From contig JBNZDD010013732.1 in NCBI GenBank assembly GCA_050575255.1, forward strand, positions 19,875,986 to 19,939,985: a DNA stretch of 64,000 nucleotides, in the 5' to 3' direction. The notes beneath the pieces were generated by a model, which was not told where the DNA came from, made no database searches, and worked only from the letters and a program-made list of their open reading frames with translations. Position 1 is the first letter of the stretch, and each line of letters starts with the position of its first letter. The position numbers and the translations under genes are program-made. This DNA comes from Harriotta raleighana. Taxonomy: Eukaryota. Below, one piece after another: positions 24,720-35,422 of the stretch.

Positions 24720-25043
24720 AATAATAATAATAATAATAATCCTTGCATTTGATATAGCGTTTTTCACATCTTATCGACGTCCCAAAGCGCTTCACAGAAT
24801 ATACTGTAAAGTGAATTGACTGTATATTTGTGGGCGGAACGCGGCAGCCAATTGCGCACAGCAGTGTCCCACAAACAGTCATGGATTGAAATGACCAATT
24901 TTATTATTGTGTTTTTTTTTGAGGGATTATTATTAGGCATGTGGAGTAAGGAAACTTGCCCAAGGTTTCGCCCTGATCTGCCTGGATTCGAACGCAGATC
25001 TCATGCTTGCAAGGCGAGTGCTCTAACCATTAAGCCAAGGAGC
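24720..25043 (-). mobile_element. Young full-length tRNA-derived Deu-SINE
   Basis: Close reverse complement of 62799-63124; A box TGGCTTAATGG, B box GTTCGAATCC, (ATT)n tail. Confidence 0.92.
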
Positions 25044-26424
25044 AGTAACGAGTTATGGGGCCCTTCCCTGTCTGTACTGCAGCAAGAGAGGAAATAAATG
25101 TGCTTTTGAAATGTTGATCCACTGAGTTGAGCTGGTCTCTTCAACCCAAGCTCTTGTCCATCAGTTCGAATAAGGAGCTGCTCACGATCACTAGATTGAG
25201 CTGGCTGTCCCTGCTGAACTGCGCATCCTGCTGATTGCTCCCAGCACGTTACTGATGGGGAATGTGTACTGCCCTGTGTTCCAGGACCAAGCTGCTCCTG
25301 TGAAGGGCCCAAGGCAAAGCCAGCACAATCATGGAACGAAGAGACCTCGACGGGCACCAATCAAGCCTTCCACCAGCAATGGGAGTGGGGGTTGGTCAAG
25401 GGATAGGGAGAACCTGCAACAATGAGAAACTGGCATTCAGCAGCAACACAACAGCCTCTTTGAATGCCAACCAAGATCCTCTCCCACACACCAAAGACAG
25501 AGGTTGACAGGGGCCTGAGGTGCACGGGAAACAGGGGTGGACAAGGACAAGGTCATTGGTACATAGAAATGTGCTGACATTTTGTTGTTGTTGGTGGGTT
25601 GAGTTGCCTCAACAATGTACCCACCGCCCTCCTGCCAAACAGCAGCAGTCATTTGGTGTAAGGTTTGCTGAGAACTTGGTGTAAACTTTGCGATGACTGC
25701 CTGCCAGAGATAATAGTGTAACAAAGCAAGAGCTGGACGCTTGCAGCTTGATTTGCTATCTCATGCTCAAGAGACAAACACTCCATTTACATATTAATGG
25801 AACCTTTTTTTACTCAATAATTATTTTGTTTTATATTGGTAAACAAAGCAGTTAAATCCTTGAATCCATAATTTTTAATGCCACCCAACAAGTCTGAACA
25901 ATTTATCACACCAGTGACTAAAGAATTGCCGGTGTCATAAGGCTATTTTCGCAGAAACTACCAAGTGCAAACATTAGTCTGCAATTCATGAGTTGCTTCA
26001 GGATATTGTGAGCTGCCTTCTAGAACTGTTTTATTAGTGCGAATATTTTAGGTGAAAAATGACCTACGTACAGTGCAAACAGGACAGCCCAACAAGAATG
26101 CGAGCTGCGAAGTTTCAGAGGGTGGAGCGAGAGCTATAATTAGAAACACGTTAAGTCTTTTTGGACCAGCTTGCGCTTGTAACACTTCCTCTCGTTTAAC
26201 TACAGTGATTGAGGGAGTTTTCTTTCCTTTTTATTGCTGCTTTTACACATCTACAGACTCACACCCACAAGCACATCCACATACACACAATCTCTTAAGC
26301 ACGCTGTAAATATCCAGTCTTTTTGAATTCCACAAGGTACTACAAACGTGAATTCTATCAAAGCAAGGCTGGGGGTGGGTTGGGGGAGGAGCAAGATAAA
26401 GCCAACAAGAGAGATTGGAATTGG

Positions 26425-27207
26425 ATGCTCTCATCTTGCAAATTCGACACTGACAGCTTTACTTCCAACATTAACCCACTGCGAGCTGCTCCAGCTAAGC
26501 TACGATTCATTGGAAATATTGGTTTAATATGACATCACGATTCCCCTCATTAATCCCAATTACTTTGTGCTGCGACATTATTATTGTTCTCTCTTTTTTC
26601 TCCGCAAGGTTGTGTTCCTAATAAAATAATTCCCTCTGGCTGTCGGGCAGTTACACTTCTTGACAGTAAGAAACAACCATGCTCCATTCATAAAAAGATC
26701 TTGGAAATACAAAGGTCAACGAAGATCAGAGAGGAGCCCGGCATCTGGACGACACTGAGCAGACTGCAGAGTTCGCGGTTTTCACCACCTGATGCATCGC
26801 AGAACAATTACAGGACAGAAGGTTGCAGGTCTGACGTCTGGGCTGTGCTCAGTTGGCTGATATCAGCCAGAACAACAGCTGGACTCCGTAATTTTCCTTG
26901 GCACCCGGCGGGATTGGAAAAGGGGGAAGAGAATCAGCCATCGATCGCTGCTGGAAAAGCTGAGGGCAGCACTGCAATATGGTGGACATTGGCCAATACT
27001 GTGAGCCTTAGCTGGAGAATGATGGCTTGGCAGATGGACTGAAGGGAAGGCAGCATTTTGGAACGTGCCCTCAGAAAGAGTTAGCGGCTCCGGAAACAAA
27101 GGAGGGACCAGAAAATGCTCCCGTCTTGCAAATTTGACACCGACAGCAGTTGCGTATACCTTTATTTCTAACGTTAAGTCACATTAAGCTGCTCCAGCCA
27201 AGCTACG
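26425..27207 (+). repeat. Diverged direct-repeat pair (26425-26504 and 27115-27207) flanking a possible AmnSINE2-like fragment
   Basis: atgctcYcRtcttgcaaattYgacacYgacagc...ctttaYttcYaacRttaa...agctgctccagcYaagctacg present twice ~690 bp apart. Confidence 0.75.
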
Positions 27208-27644
27208 TGACCGCAAATGGACACTTTGCCAGAAAAGCCAAATGTCACCCATCAATTTCTGCAATGACTAAGTCACAGCAACCAAGGTTTGATAAAATGG
27301 AAGTTCTCTAAACTTGGTGCAGAACACAGCCTTGAAGCAGCGGATTGATCATCCACTCCAATCTTGTAAATGCTAAAGGTACACACTACTGTATTTCTCC
27401 AAACAGGTTTAGCCACTACAGTCCTCACTTCTTAGCTGGTTTCCGTTCTGTGACAATGCCACGCTGGTATTGTGCAATCATTTCAAGGATCTAGTTTTGC
27501 AATATCAGCCCAAGGCCTCTGGTGATGTGGAATCCTTACTATTTATATCACTACCTGGATTCCACACCAGCTGGAATGACTAGAGAGATTTGTGATTTCC
27601 TTTCTGGCCTCACTCTTTTGTTGGGAGAAGCTAAATTTCTTAGT

Positions 27645-27960
27645 ATTAGCCTGGCTCAATTGGTAGCACTCTTGCTTCAATGACAGAAGGCTGTGGGTTC
27701 GAACCAGAAGCAACATTAAACTAAGACCCCATCTGCCTGTCCAGGTGGATGTTAAAGAACCCATGGCACTATTCGAAAAGAGAACGGAGTTTCTCCTGGT
27801 GTCTGGTCAAAATGTTTTGTTCATCATGGCTGTTTGTAGGACACTGCTGTTTGTCCACGAAATATCCAGTCACTGTACTTTACAATACATCCTGTGAAGC
27901 TCTTTGAAATGATCTTCCAAACATGAAAGAAGTTATATCAATTATATCAATTTTTTATTA
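27645..27960 (+). mobile_element. Old Deu-domain SINE
   Basis: tagcctggctcaattggtagcactcttgcttc..cagaaggctgtgggttcgaacc head; ggatgttaaagaacccatggcactattcgaaaagag core; ggctgtttgtaggacactgctg; tail. Confidence 0.8.
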
Positions 27961-29140
27961 TAAGCACAAGCGAGGAAAAAAATTAACTGCAGGAAAAAAG
28001 CAAGGCCCAGTCAGATTTTACATGTTTCAGAGAGTCTGAACTCTAAAGTCTACGTCAGCAGCAATGCTAGCCTCACCTGCTTTACTGTGCTGCTGCCTCA
28101 AGACATTCATGCTCTCTGAAAGGTCTAAACCTGGGAGCTTCCCACTGACTACCAGCCTGGTAAAGTAAAATTTAAATATTGGTGTTTAAACATTCTTCTG
28201 CATCCTTACTTTGGTACAGTGGAACCAATTTTTAAAAAAATGTATAAAGCTAATTTTGATGCTGTGAAAAGTTAAAAGTAAAACAAGTTGGATCCCTCTG
28301 TGATATTTTACAGGAACTGGTTATGCCAGGGATATTCTGGTTCAGGTGATGGTCTTAAGAATTCCTTCCTTCCTCCTCCCTCCTCCTCTCCAAAACACAG
28401 GATCTTGAACAACAAAATGACCAAAAGATATCAGATCAAAAGAAATCTATAGAAAGCGAGTTTTGACTTAAAGTGGTCCCACCTCATTGCATATTTCAGG
28501 GTCACTGCATCCCACCTCCAGCTCACTGCATCAGGAACAGGGAGCTACTCAAGTCTACACAGGGATAGTCATATTTTAGCAACAATGTGAGGTAAATCCT
28601 AAGGCATACTAATGCCTTTCCTCCCATTAGCTTTGCATTAAAATGTTCATAGTTAGGACGAATATTATGATTCTAAAGTGATGCAACAGACTTTGCTTCA
28701 TGTTGTAACACCCGAATGACTTCACTGTTCTGCTTCCCCTTGGATTTCAACAGTGATTAGCATTTAAACACCTGAACTAGGAAAGTGCTGGGCATGAATG
28801 ATTCCTGTATAATTTCAGCATTAGATGCAATGGATTTAACTTGGGACTTCTTTAATAAAATCCAGTCTTTAGCCTGTGAAGGGAGAGAGGTGGGTAGTTA
28901 ATCGTGACTGCAAGGCAATGTGGTCTTTATAAAGATTTTGCAATTATTTAATCAGCTAATGTACAGTGCAGAGGAAGTAATGTCAGAGAATCTTCATGCA
29001 CATAACTTGAAGGAAGTGATGATTCAGTAACTTGAACATTTTTCAAACATCAGAAACCAGATGTGCCAGACTTCCAGTTATCGCAGTTCCAGTGGACACC
29101 AGCATTGCAAGCAAAGCCGCCTTTTATCCTTACAGCACTA

Positions 29141-29367
29141 TTCGCCCACAAATATACAGTCAATTTTCCTACTCCTTCCCAATACCACGACCCCTCACCC
29201 CCTGCACTGGCCCCTATCCTTTTCCTCCCCTTTCTTCTCCCTACCCCGACCCCCACCCCCCACCTGCTCTGGTCCCTACCTTGGGATGTTGTCGTATTCT
29301 GTAAAGCGCTTTGGGACGTCGATAAGATGTGGAAAGCGCTATATAAATCTAAGTATTATTATTATAA
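29141..29367 (+). mobile_element. 5'-truncated Deu-SINE variant with C/T-rich insert
   Basis: ttcgcccacaaatatacagtcaatt|ttcctactccttccc...(~130 bp)...tattctgtaaagcgctttgggacgtcgataagatgtggaaagcgctatataaat, (ATT)n. Confidence 0.8.
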
Positions 29368-29944
29368 GGTCTAAGGAAGGGAAAAAGGAGATAGAGCAGG
29401 GTTGCCCTGTAATTAATGTCTATACTATATCCCACACACAAATGCCAGTGATAGCAGAGGGAGAAGAGAATAATTGTAAAATAAAGTCACTCTCAAATGC
29501 TGGCTTGCCACTCAATTTTAATGCTTGTCCACGGAGGCTTCCTGTTGCAATTGTTTTCAAAGAAAGAGAGAAAAAGAAAGAAAAAAGAACGCAAGAGAGA
29601 AATCAGAAAGAAAATAGTAAGTAATCAGTCAGCAAAGATTCGGAACTTAAGTTTAAAACAGCTCAAAGCACTTTGCAGAAATGTTTGACACAACCCCATG
29701 ACTAGAATTATCTGGGTGTGCTGGGGTTGGCAATAGCTCATGTTCCATTTCCAGAGGGAGGGAGTTTCAAATAGCATTTGGCAACAAATTCAGCAGGAAA
29801 AGCAGCAGTGAGAGGCTGGGCTGGGGCTTCCTGTGGCTGTAATGGTACTTAAACCTTCATGTCCCATCACACATTTCCCTTCAGTACTGGGCTCGATTCA
29901 TTGGGGGTCATTCCAACCTTGCAGAGATAACAGTTAAAGAAAGA

Positions 29945-30105
29945 GCTCACATTTCCACAACGCCTTATCATGCTGGCATGTCTCAAAGCGCTTCCTTCAA
30001 TGGTAATTACTGTGGACTGGGGTGACAAGACTTGCCTTTTTTAGGCAAACGCAGCAGGCATTTATGGTAGCAATGCCCAAACCACAGCCACGAGGCGAAC
30101 AACCA
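29945..30105 (-). mobile_element. Deu-SINE 3' fragment
   Basis: acaacgccttatcatgctggcatgtctcaaagcgcttc...taggcaaacgcagcagg. Confidence 0.55.
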
Positions 30106-30329
30106 ATTGCCAGTTCTTGCAGCATTTGCTGTGGTTATCCACAGACTCCGGTAACAGTAGCGATGGTCAAGAGATCAGCTTGACATTCAGGGAATGTCTT
30201 CTTTTCCCGTGGCTTTGCTACTGCTATTTGGCGAGTGGTGATCCACACTATTCCGATGATAGTTGTATCACTACTGATAATAATTTTGATTTGTAACCTT
30301 TTAGATTGGGAGGACAACAACAACAACAG

Positions 30330-31158
30330 CAGAGGGGGCGGGCAGATTGGTGGAGGTTTAGGAGGTCACAGCAATAGGGCGGGGCGAGGCCATGGAGGGG
30401 CTTCAAATGTGAGGACCAGGATCTTGAATTGGTATCTTCTGGGTGATGGAATGGTAAGAAATGGGCGAGGATGGGGGAGCTGGAGTCACAAAGCTTGGAG
30501 CAGTAGAGGACACGGGCCACAGAGTTCTGGATTATCTGCAACCTATGGAGGGAGGAATTGGGAAAGTTGACGAGCAGGGCGTTGACATAGTCGATGCTAG
30601 ATGTGATGAAAGCATGAATGAGGATATCAGTGGCCTGAGGGGTGAGGAGCGGAGTCAGGCAAAATTGCGGAGAGGGAAGGAAGAGAGGATCATGGATTGG
30701 AATTGGGGGAGGAAAGACAGTTGAGGATCGAACAAGATACCAAGGTTCTTGACTGGCTTGGTGAGGTGGTATGCAACTATGAAGATTGATTCTGCCAGTG
30801 CCTATGTGTGAAGGTGCTGGTGTGAGCCAATTAGGGGGGGTTTGATCTTGTTAACAATCAACTGTAGAAAGTTAAGATCTCATCCAGGACTTGATGTCTG
30901 TCAGGACAGCAGTGGTCCTGGAGTTGAGGGTAGAGGCAGAAAGATAGAGTTGTGTATTATCAGCATACATATAGTTGACCCCATGACTGCGGATGCATGT
31001 AGTTATTAAAAAGTAAGGGACCAAAGACAGCACCCTGNAGAGTTGTGTATTATCAGCATACATATAGTTGACCCCATGATTGCGGATGCATGTAGTTATT
31101 AAAAAGTAAGGGACCAAAGACAGCACCCTGGGGACGTCAAAGGTGACAGGAGCCAAGG
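30330..31158 (-). mobile_element. L2 LINE ORF2 (reverse transcriptase) remnant, frameshifted
   Basis: Minus-strand peptides HGVNYMYADNTQLYLS...LTDIKSWM (L2 YADDTQLY motif), VKNLGILFDPQLSF, IQNSVARVL and KPLHGLAPPY typical of L2 ORF2; stops and frameshifts present. Confidence 0.88.
30946..31130. other. Assembly junction: 92-bp duplicated overlap around single N (31038)
   Basis: 30946-31037 and 31039-31130 identical except one C/T. Confidence 0.85.
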
Positions 31159-31824
31159 ACATCTCAAAGCGTTACACAGAATTAACTGTGAAGTTGAATT
31201 CCTGCATATTTTGTGGGCAACCAGTTTGACTCATGGTTGGGCGAAAGGAAGATAAAACAAAAGTTTTTTTCCTCATTTTAGATATGGGCTGAACAGATTA
31301 GAGATTCACAGGTTGAAATAACGAACTCCATTAAATGGTATTGGTACACAGCCAGCATTTGGGAAATATTACTAAACACAATATTTTTTTTCTCGAGACA
31401 AACCAATCATTTTTGTGGTTTCTGATCGATTCAACTTCAAGCCGCAGCCCCAATTTATTCTCCCGTGTCGTATGTTGAAATAATATCTAGGCTCTTTAGT
31501 TTAAGAGCTGCAACATTTTCTCATTTTATGCTCAGCTCTTTTATGTTCAAATGTTTTCTTCAAACAACAGGGAGGAGGAGGGAGAGGTGCTGGTGGGGAA
31601 ACACTGTCATGGTTTAAGTGCTTGAAATTATAATTAATAAATGGATGTATTCGGCAAGGCAGTCATCCTACTTCACAGCACTTGTATAAATGATAGAGTC
31701 AGAATCTCCTGTGGTAGCAAATTCTCATCCTACAAGATACACATGACTCTCACAGCCCGCACATTTCCTCATCTTCTGACTCGCTCACACTCAGAATCCT
31801 TACATTTGTTATAATGGTTTACCA

Positions 31825-32105
31825 TAGTTGCTTCGAAGCACTTCACAGGATTTTATGATGAAGTGGAGTGATTGGGTATTTGTAGGCAAATGAGCCACCC
31901 GATTTGCGCAATGCACTGACCCACAAACAGCACTGAATTGAATAACCAGAACACCAGGAGAAATGCGCTTCTCTTTTTGAATGGTGCCACGGCATCCTTA
32001 ATGTCGTCCTGAAAAGGCAGATAGGACCTAAGTATAATTTCTCGGTCAGAACAATGCAACATTCACAGCCCAGCCCTAGATTGGGAGTGTCAGCCTAGAA
32101 TTTGA
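31825..32105 (-). mobile_element. Old Deu-domain SINE
   Basis: gaagcacttcacagg, gatttgcgcaatgcactgacccacaaacagc, ttttgaatggtgccacggcatccttaatgtc, ggagtgtcagcctag are reverse complements of core blocks. Confidence 0.72.
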
Positions 32106-32214
32106 GTTTGAATAGTATGAGTTGATAGTATGAAGCAGATCATCTTTTGAGGGAAGAGCAGTTTGTGATCTATTGTAAGGTGTTGTTTTAACCTATGTAC
32201 TTCAAACACATATA

Positions 32215-32838
32215 GAGTAAAACCCTGTTTATCCGTGACTCAATGAACCAGAAACCCCGTTGAACTGGAACCTCAAAAAAAAAGTCCAGATTTGATAAAC
32301 CGGAAGTTACCCGGTAACATAGTGATGACGCATTTAATGAATCGATTGTCGCACACGAGTACTGGTGCAGGTCTTTGAGTCTAAACTTGCTCCTGCTCCT
32401 TTTAAAAGTCACGATACTGCCGGGTTTTTTTTTCCTCCCGTGGGTGGAGGCCGCCATTGTGAAGTTAAGTATAAATAATAAAATCTAATAAAATATTCTG
32501 TAATTATAGTATCTACTATTAGTGCATTTATTAGTCTATTATTTGTATAGTATTGTTAAAAATTTACAACAAAGTAGACATACAATATTCTATTATAAGT
32601 ATCTGTTATTACTGTATTTACTTTATTATTTATATGGTACAGTGTACAACATTTACAATAAAATACCCATACAATATTGTTATTATGTTATTATTTAGTC
32701 TATTATTAATATGGTATGTGTTAAATAATTTTAATTTTAAAAAAATCTTTTAATTTTTAAAAAAAATTGTTCAACTGGAAAACCGTTTAACCGCCACTGG
32801 CCAGGTCCCGTGGGTGCTGGATAAATGGGGCTTTACTG
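32215..32838. mobile_element. Non-autonomous pogo/Tigger-like DNA transposon (MITE C, copy 1)
   Basis: TA|GAGTAAAACCCTGTTTATCCG ... CTGGATAAATGGGGCTTTACTG|TA; colinear with 60979-61653. Confidence 0.88.
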
Positions 32839-33161
32839 TATTTTGACTGGAAGTGAAAATCAAAAAAATGTAAGGGCAAACCATAAGGTGAGTCCTCACA
32901 GCTCTGTATTGACTTGAATTATAAAGTGATCAAAGTTATGCAGAGCTGAATTATTGACATTCCTTGAATTCTTCTGGCATTGTCATGTGTTTCACCTGTA
33001 CATGACTTACGCAACAGACATTCTTCTGGTTAGTGAGTGGCTGGACTCATTGGTTTTACATTCAAGACCGGAGTGGGAAGTAGCACAGCCATCACTATCC
33101 TCGTCTGAAAGTTTCAAAATGATCATCCCTGAAACTTTCATCATGAGTGAGGTGGTGGGTA

Positions 33162-33433
33162 TCCTGTAGCTGAGTAGTTAGAGCATCGCTTCACAAGCGT
33201 GAGACCTGTGTTTGAATCCAGGCAGGTCAGGGCGAAACCTTGAGCAAGTTTCCTTACTCCACATGTCTAATAATCCCTCCAAAAAAACCAGAATAATAAA
33301 TTCAATCCGCGACTGTTTGTGGGACACTGCTGTGCACAATTGGCTGCCGCGTTTCTCCCAAAAATACACAGTGAATTCACTTTACAGTATATTCTGTGAA
33401 GCATTTTGAGACGTCTACAAGGATTATTATTAT
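33162..33433 (+). mobile_element. tRNA-derived Deu-SINE, near full length with small tail deletion
   Basis: gttagagcatcgcttcacaagcgtgagacctgtgtttgaatccaggcaggtcagggcgaaacc...; high similarity to 62799 copy. Confidence 0.9.
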
Positions 33434-34037
33434 TTTATTTGGACAAATATTCCTCAATTAATATGTTTCAGGTTCACGCACTTCCAAGGGTAAAATGGAG
33501 TGGTGAGAGGGGCAGAGGAAAGTTTGTTGGTAGCGGGGGTATCGCTAACCTCTTGCAGTTTTCTGTTTGGTGGAGCATAGCAATGTGTGTGAGGCACTCG
33601 CCAATACTGCAAGCAGTGCATAGTAAGGTCAAGATTGTGCAGTCTGTGGCTAGGAATTGAGAGCAGCAAGTCTGGAATGGGAAACGGGGAGGTGGGGGGG
33701 AAAGAGAGGAGAAACTTTGAATCACTGCGGTTACTGAAACATTTGTTTTGGTTATTGCAACACAGGCAGTGACTCAAAGTACCAGTGAACGGTGACTCCA
33801 GCAGCCGACAATGCCGAATGAAGGTCAAAACATATGTGATATCACAGGGTCATGTGCCTGCCGTCGTATCACATTATCTGTTTCCACTTGATATCTGAAC
33901 TGTAGTACTGGTTTTCACAATCACCTTCTCCTCCTGTGGAATCCAGAGAGGATATACTCAGGGGCGAAAGATCCCTCGATGCCGTCAAACAATAATAAGT
34001 TAGGTCAAACAATAATAAATACATGATACAGTCAAAC

Positions 34038-34220
34038 AATAAGAAATTGGTCATTTCAATCCACGACTATTTGTGGGACACCGCTATGCACCATTGGCTG
34101 CTGCATTTTGCCCACATACATACAGTCAATTCACTTTATAGTATATTCTGTGAAGCATTTTGAGGTTTCCAGACGATGAGAAAAGCGCAATATAAAATGC
34201 AAGGATTTATTATTATTATA
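34038..34220 (+). mobile_element. 5'-truncated Deu-SINE
   Basis: aaattggtcatttcaatccacgactatttgtgggacacc...gcaatataaaatgcaaggatttattattatt. Confidence 0.85.
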
Positions 34221-34840
34221 ACCTCCGATTCCCTCGGACAGTGTTCTATAAACAGTGTACAAGCGCTCCACCATTGGGACTGAGTTAAGAGGACATAACC
34301 TCAAACCAACAAACAGCACCTGGTCACGAAGTGATGGAAAACCACTGGCTCAAATCCTTGTTTTCACTGCAATCCATTTCGGAAAACAATGAGGGGGTTG
34401 ACAGGCAATGTAGCAGTAATCTGTCTGGCCCAACCTCAAGAATGCCTCACTTCTTCTAGGCAAACGCATTGAACAGGCACACGCATCTTTGCCAAATGTC
34501 ATTATTCACAATGAAGTCGTGGTCAGCCCAGATTGCAAAGCCACGGCATAACCAATTGACCCGGTGCACTGTGTGGTGAAAGCAGCAACTAAATCACACT
34601 CTGTGCCATGCCTCACTGCATCAGTCCAAAGGTAGTCATCTAAATTCTATCAATTTATTTAATACCCAGCAAGATAAATCACATAGGCCAGCACTGTTAT
34701 CTGGGCCAAGGCTGATCCCTGTATCTTGTTTTTTCAGGAGTCATTCCGTACCTTGGGCATCAAAATGAGATAGTGCAATCATTTTCAACGATGCCACACA
34801 GACTGATGTATTCAGTGCTCACTCTTCAAGGCTCCAGTGT

Positions 34841-35122
34841 GGCAGCTCCCTCCATGGCTCAGGCGGTTGATGCTGTGTAATAGCTAAGCCATTCAGACCA
34901 GGAAAGTCCCAGGCTCAATCCCTGATCTATTTTAAGTTAGCTGATCTCAATACTGTAGGTGAGGTAAATGAGGTGCTACATTTGGCTTCAGGACTTAGGG
35001 TTACAAAGGGAAAACAACAAGTTACATTTATACAGTGCCTTTCATGTCAGGAAGATTTCCCAAGGCATTGGGCGGTCAGATTCCCTGCCTAACTATCCAA
35101 TGACTTTTGTCTTGCTGGAACT
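34841..35122 (+). mobile_element. AmnSINE2-like SINE 5' part, interrupted by inverted L2-tail fragment (~35013-35068)
   Basis: gctccctccatggctcaggcggttgatgc...gctaagccattcagaccaggaaagtcccaggctcaatccctg...gttagctgatctc. Confidence 0.62.
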
Positions 35123-35319
35123 GCTTACATCTCACAAAGCATCATGAACAGGTTGGCAAATGCCAATGCGTGGAAACCAGCAGAACACACTGATAATCTG
35201 TCAGTAACAAAAGCTCTCTACACGCTAATCGGACATCTTGTGTCCACCTCCACCCCCACATGGCTGAGTAGAGTTGGAGTGTGGCAGAGTTGGGGTGTGC
35301 GTAGAAAAACTCAAGGAAT

Positions 35320-35422
35320 TTTACCCACAAAATACAGTCAATTTACTTTATAATGAAGTACTTTGAGACGTCCAGATGATGTGATAAGGCACCATATCAA
35401 ATGCAAGGATTATTTTTTATTA
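35320..35422 (+). mobile_element. Deu-SINE 3' fragment
   Basis: cccacaaaatacagtcaattt...ctttgagacgtccagatgatgtgataaggcaccatatcaaatgcaaggatta. Confidence 0.75.

Noticed and set aside
25130-25420. GC-richer stretch after a minus-strand ttgttgcAG acceptor
   Set aside because: All three frames from the acceptor hit early stops; no homology
29061-29624. 187-aa plus-strand ORF
   Set aside because: Runs through a SINE, a C-rich insert and an A/G-rich tract
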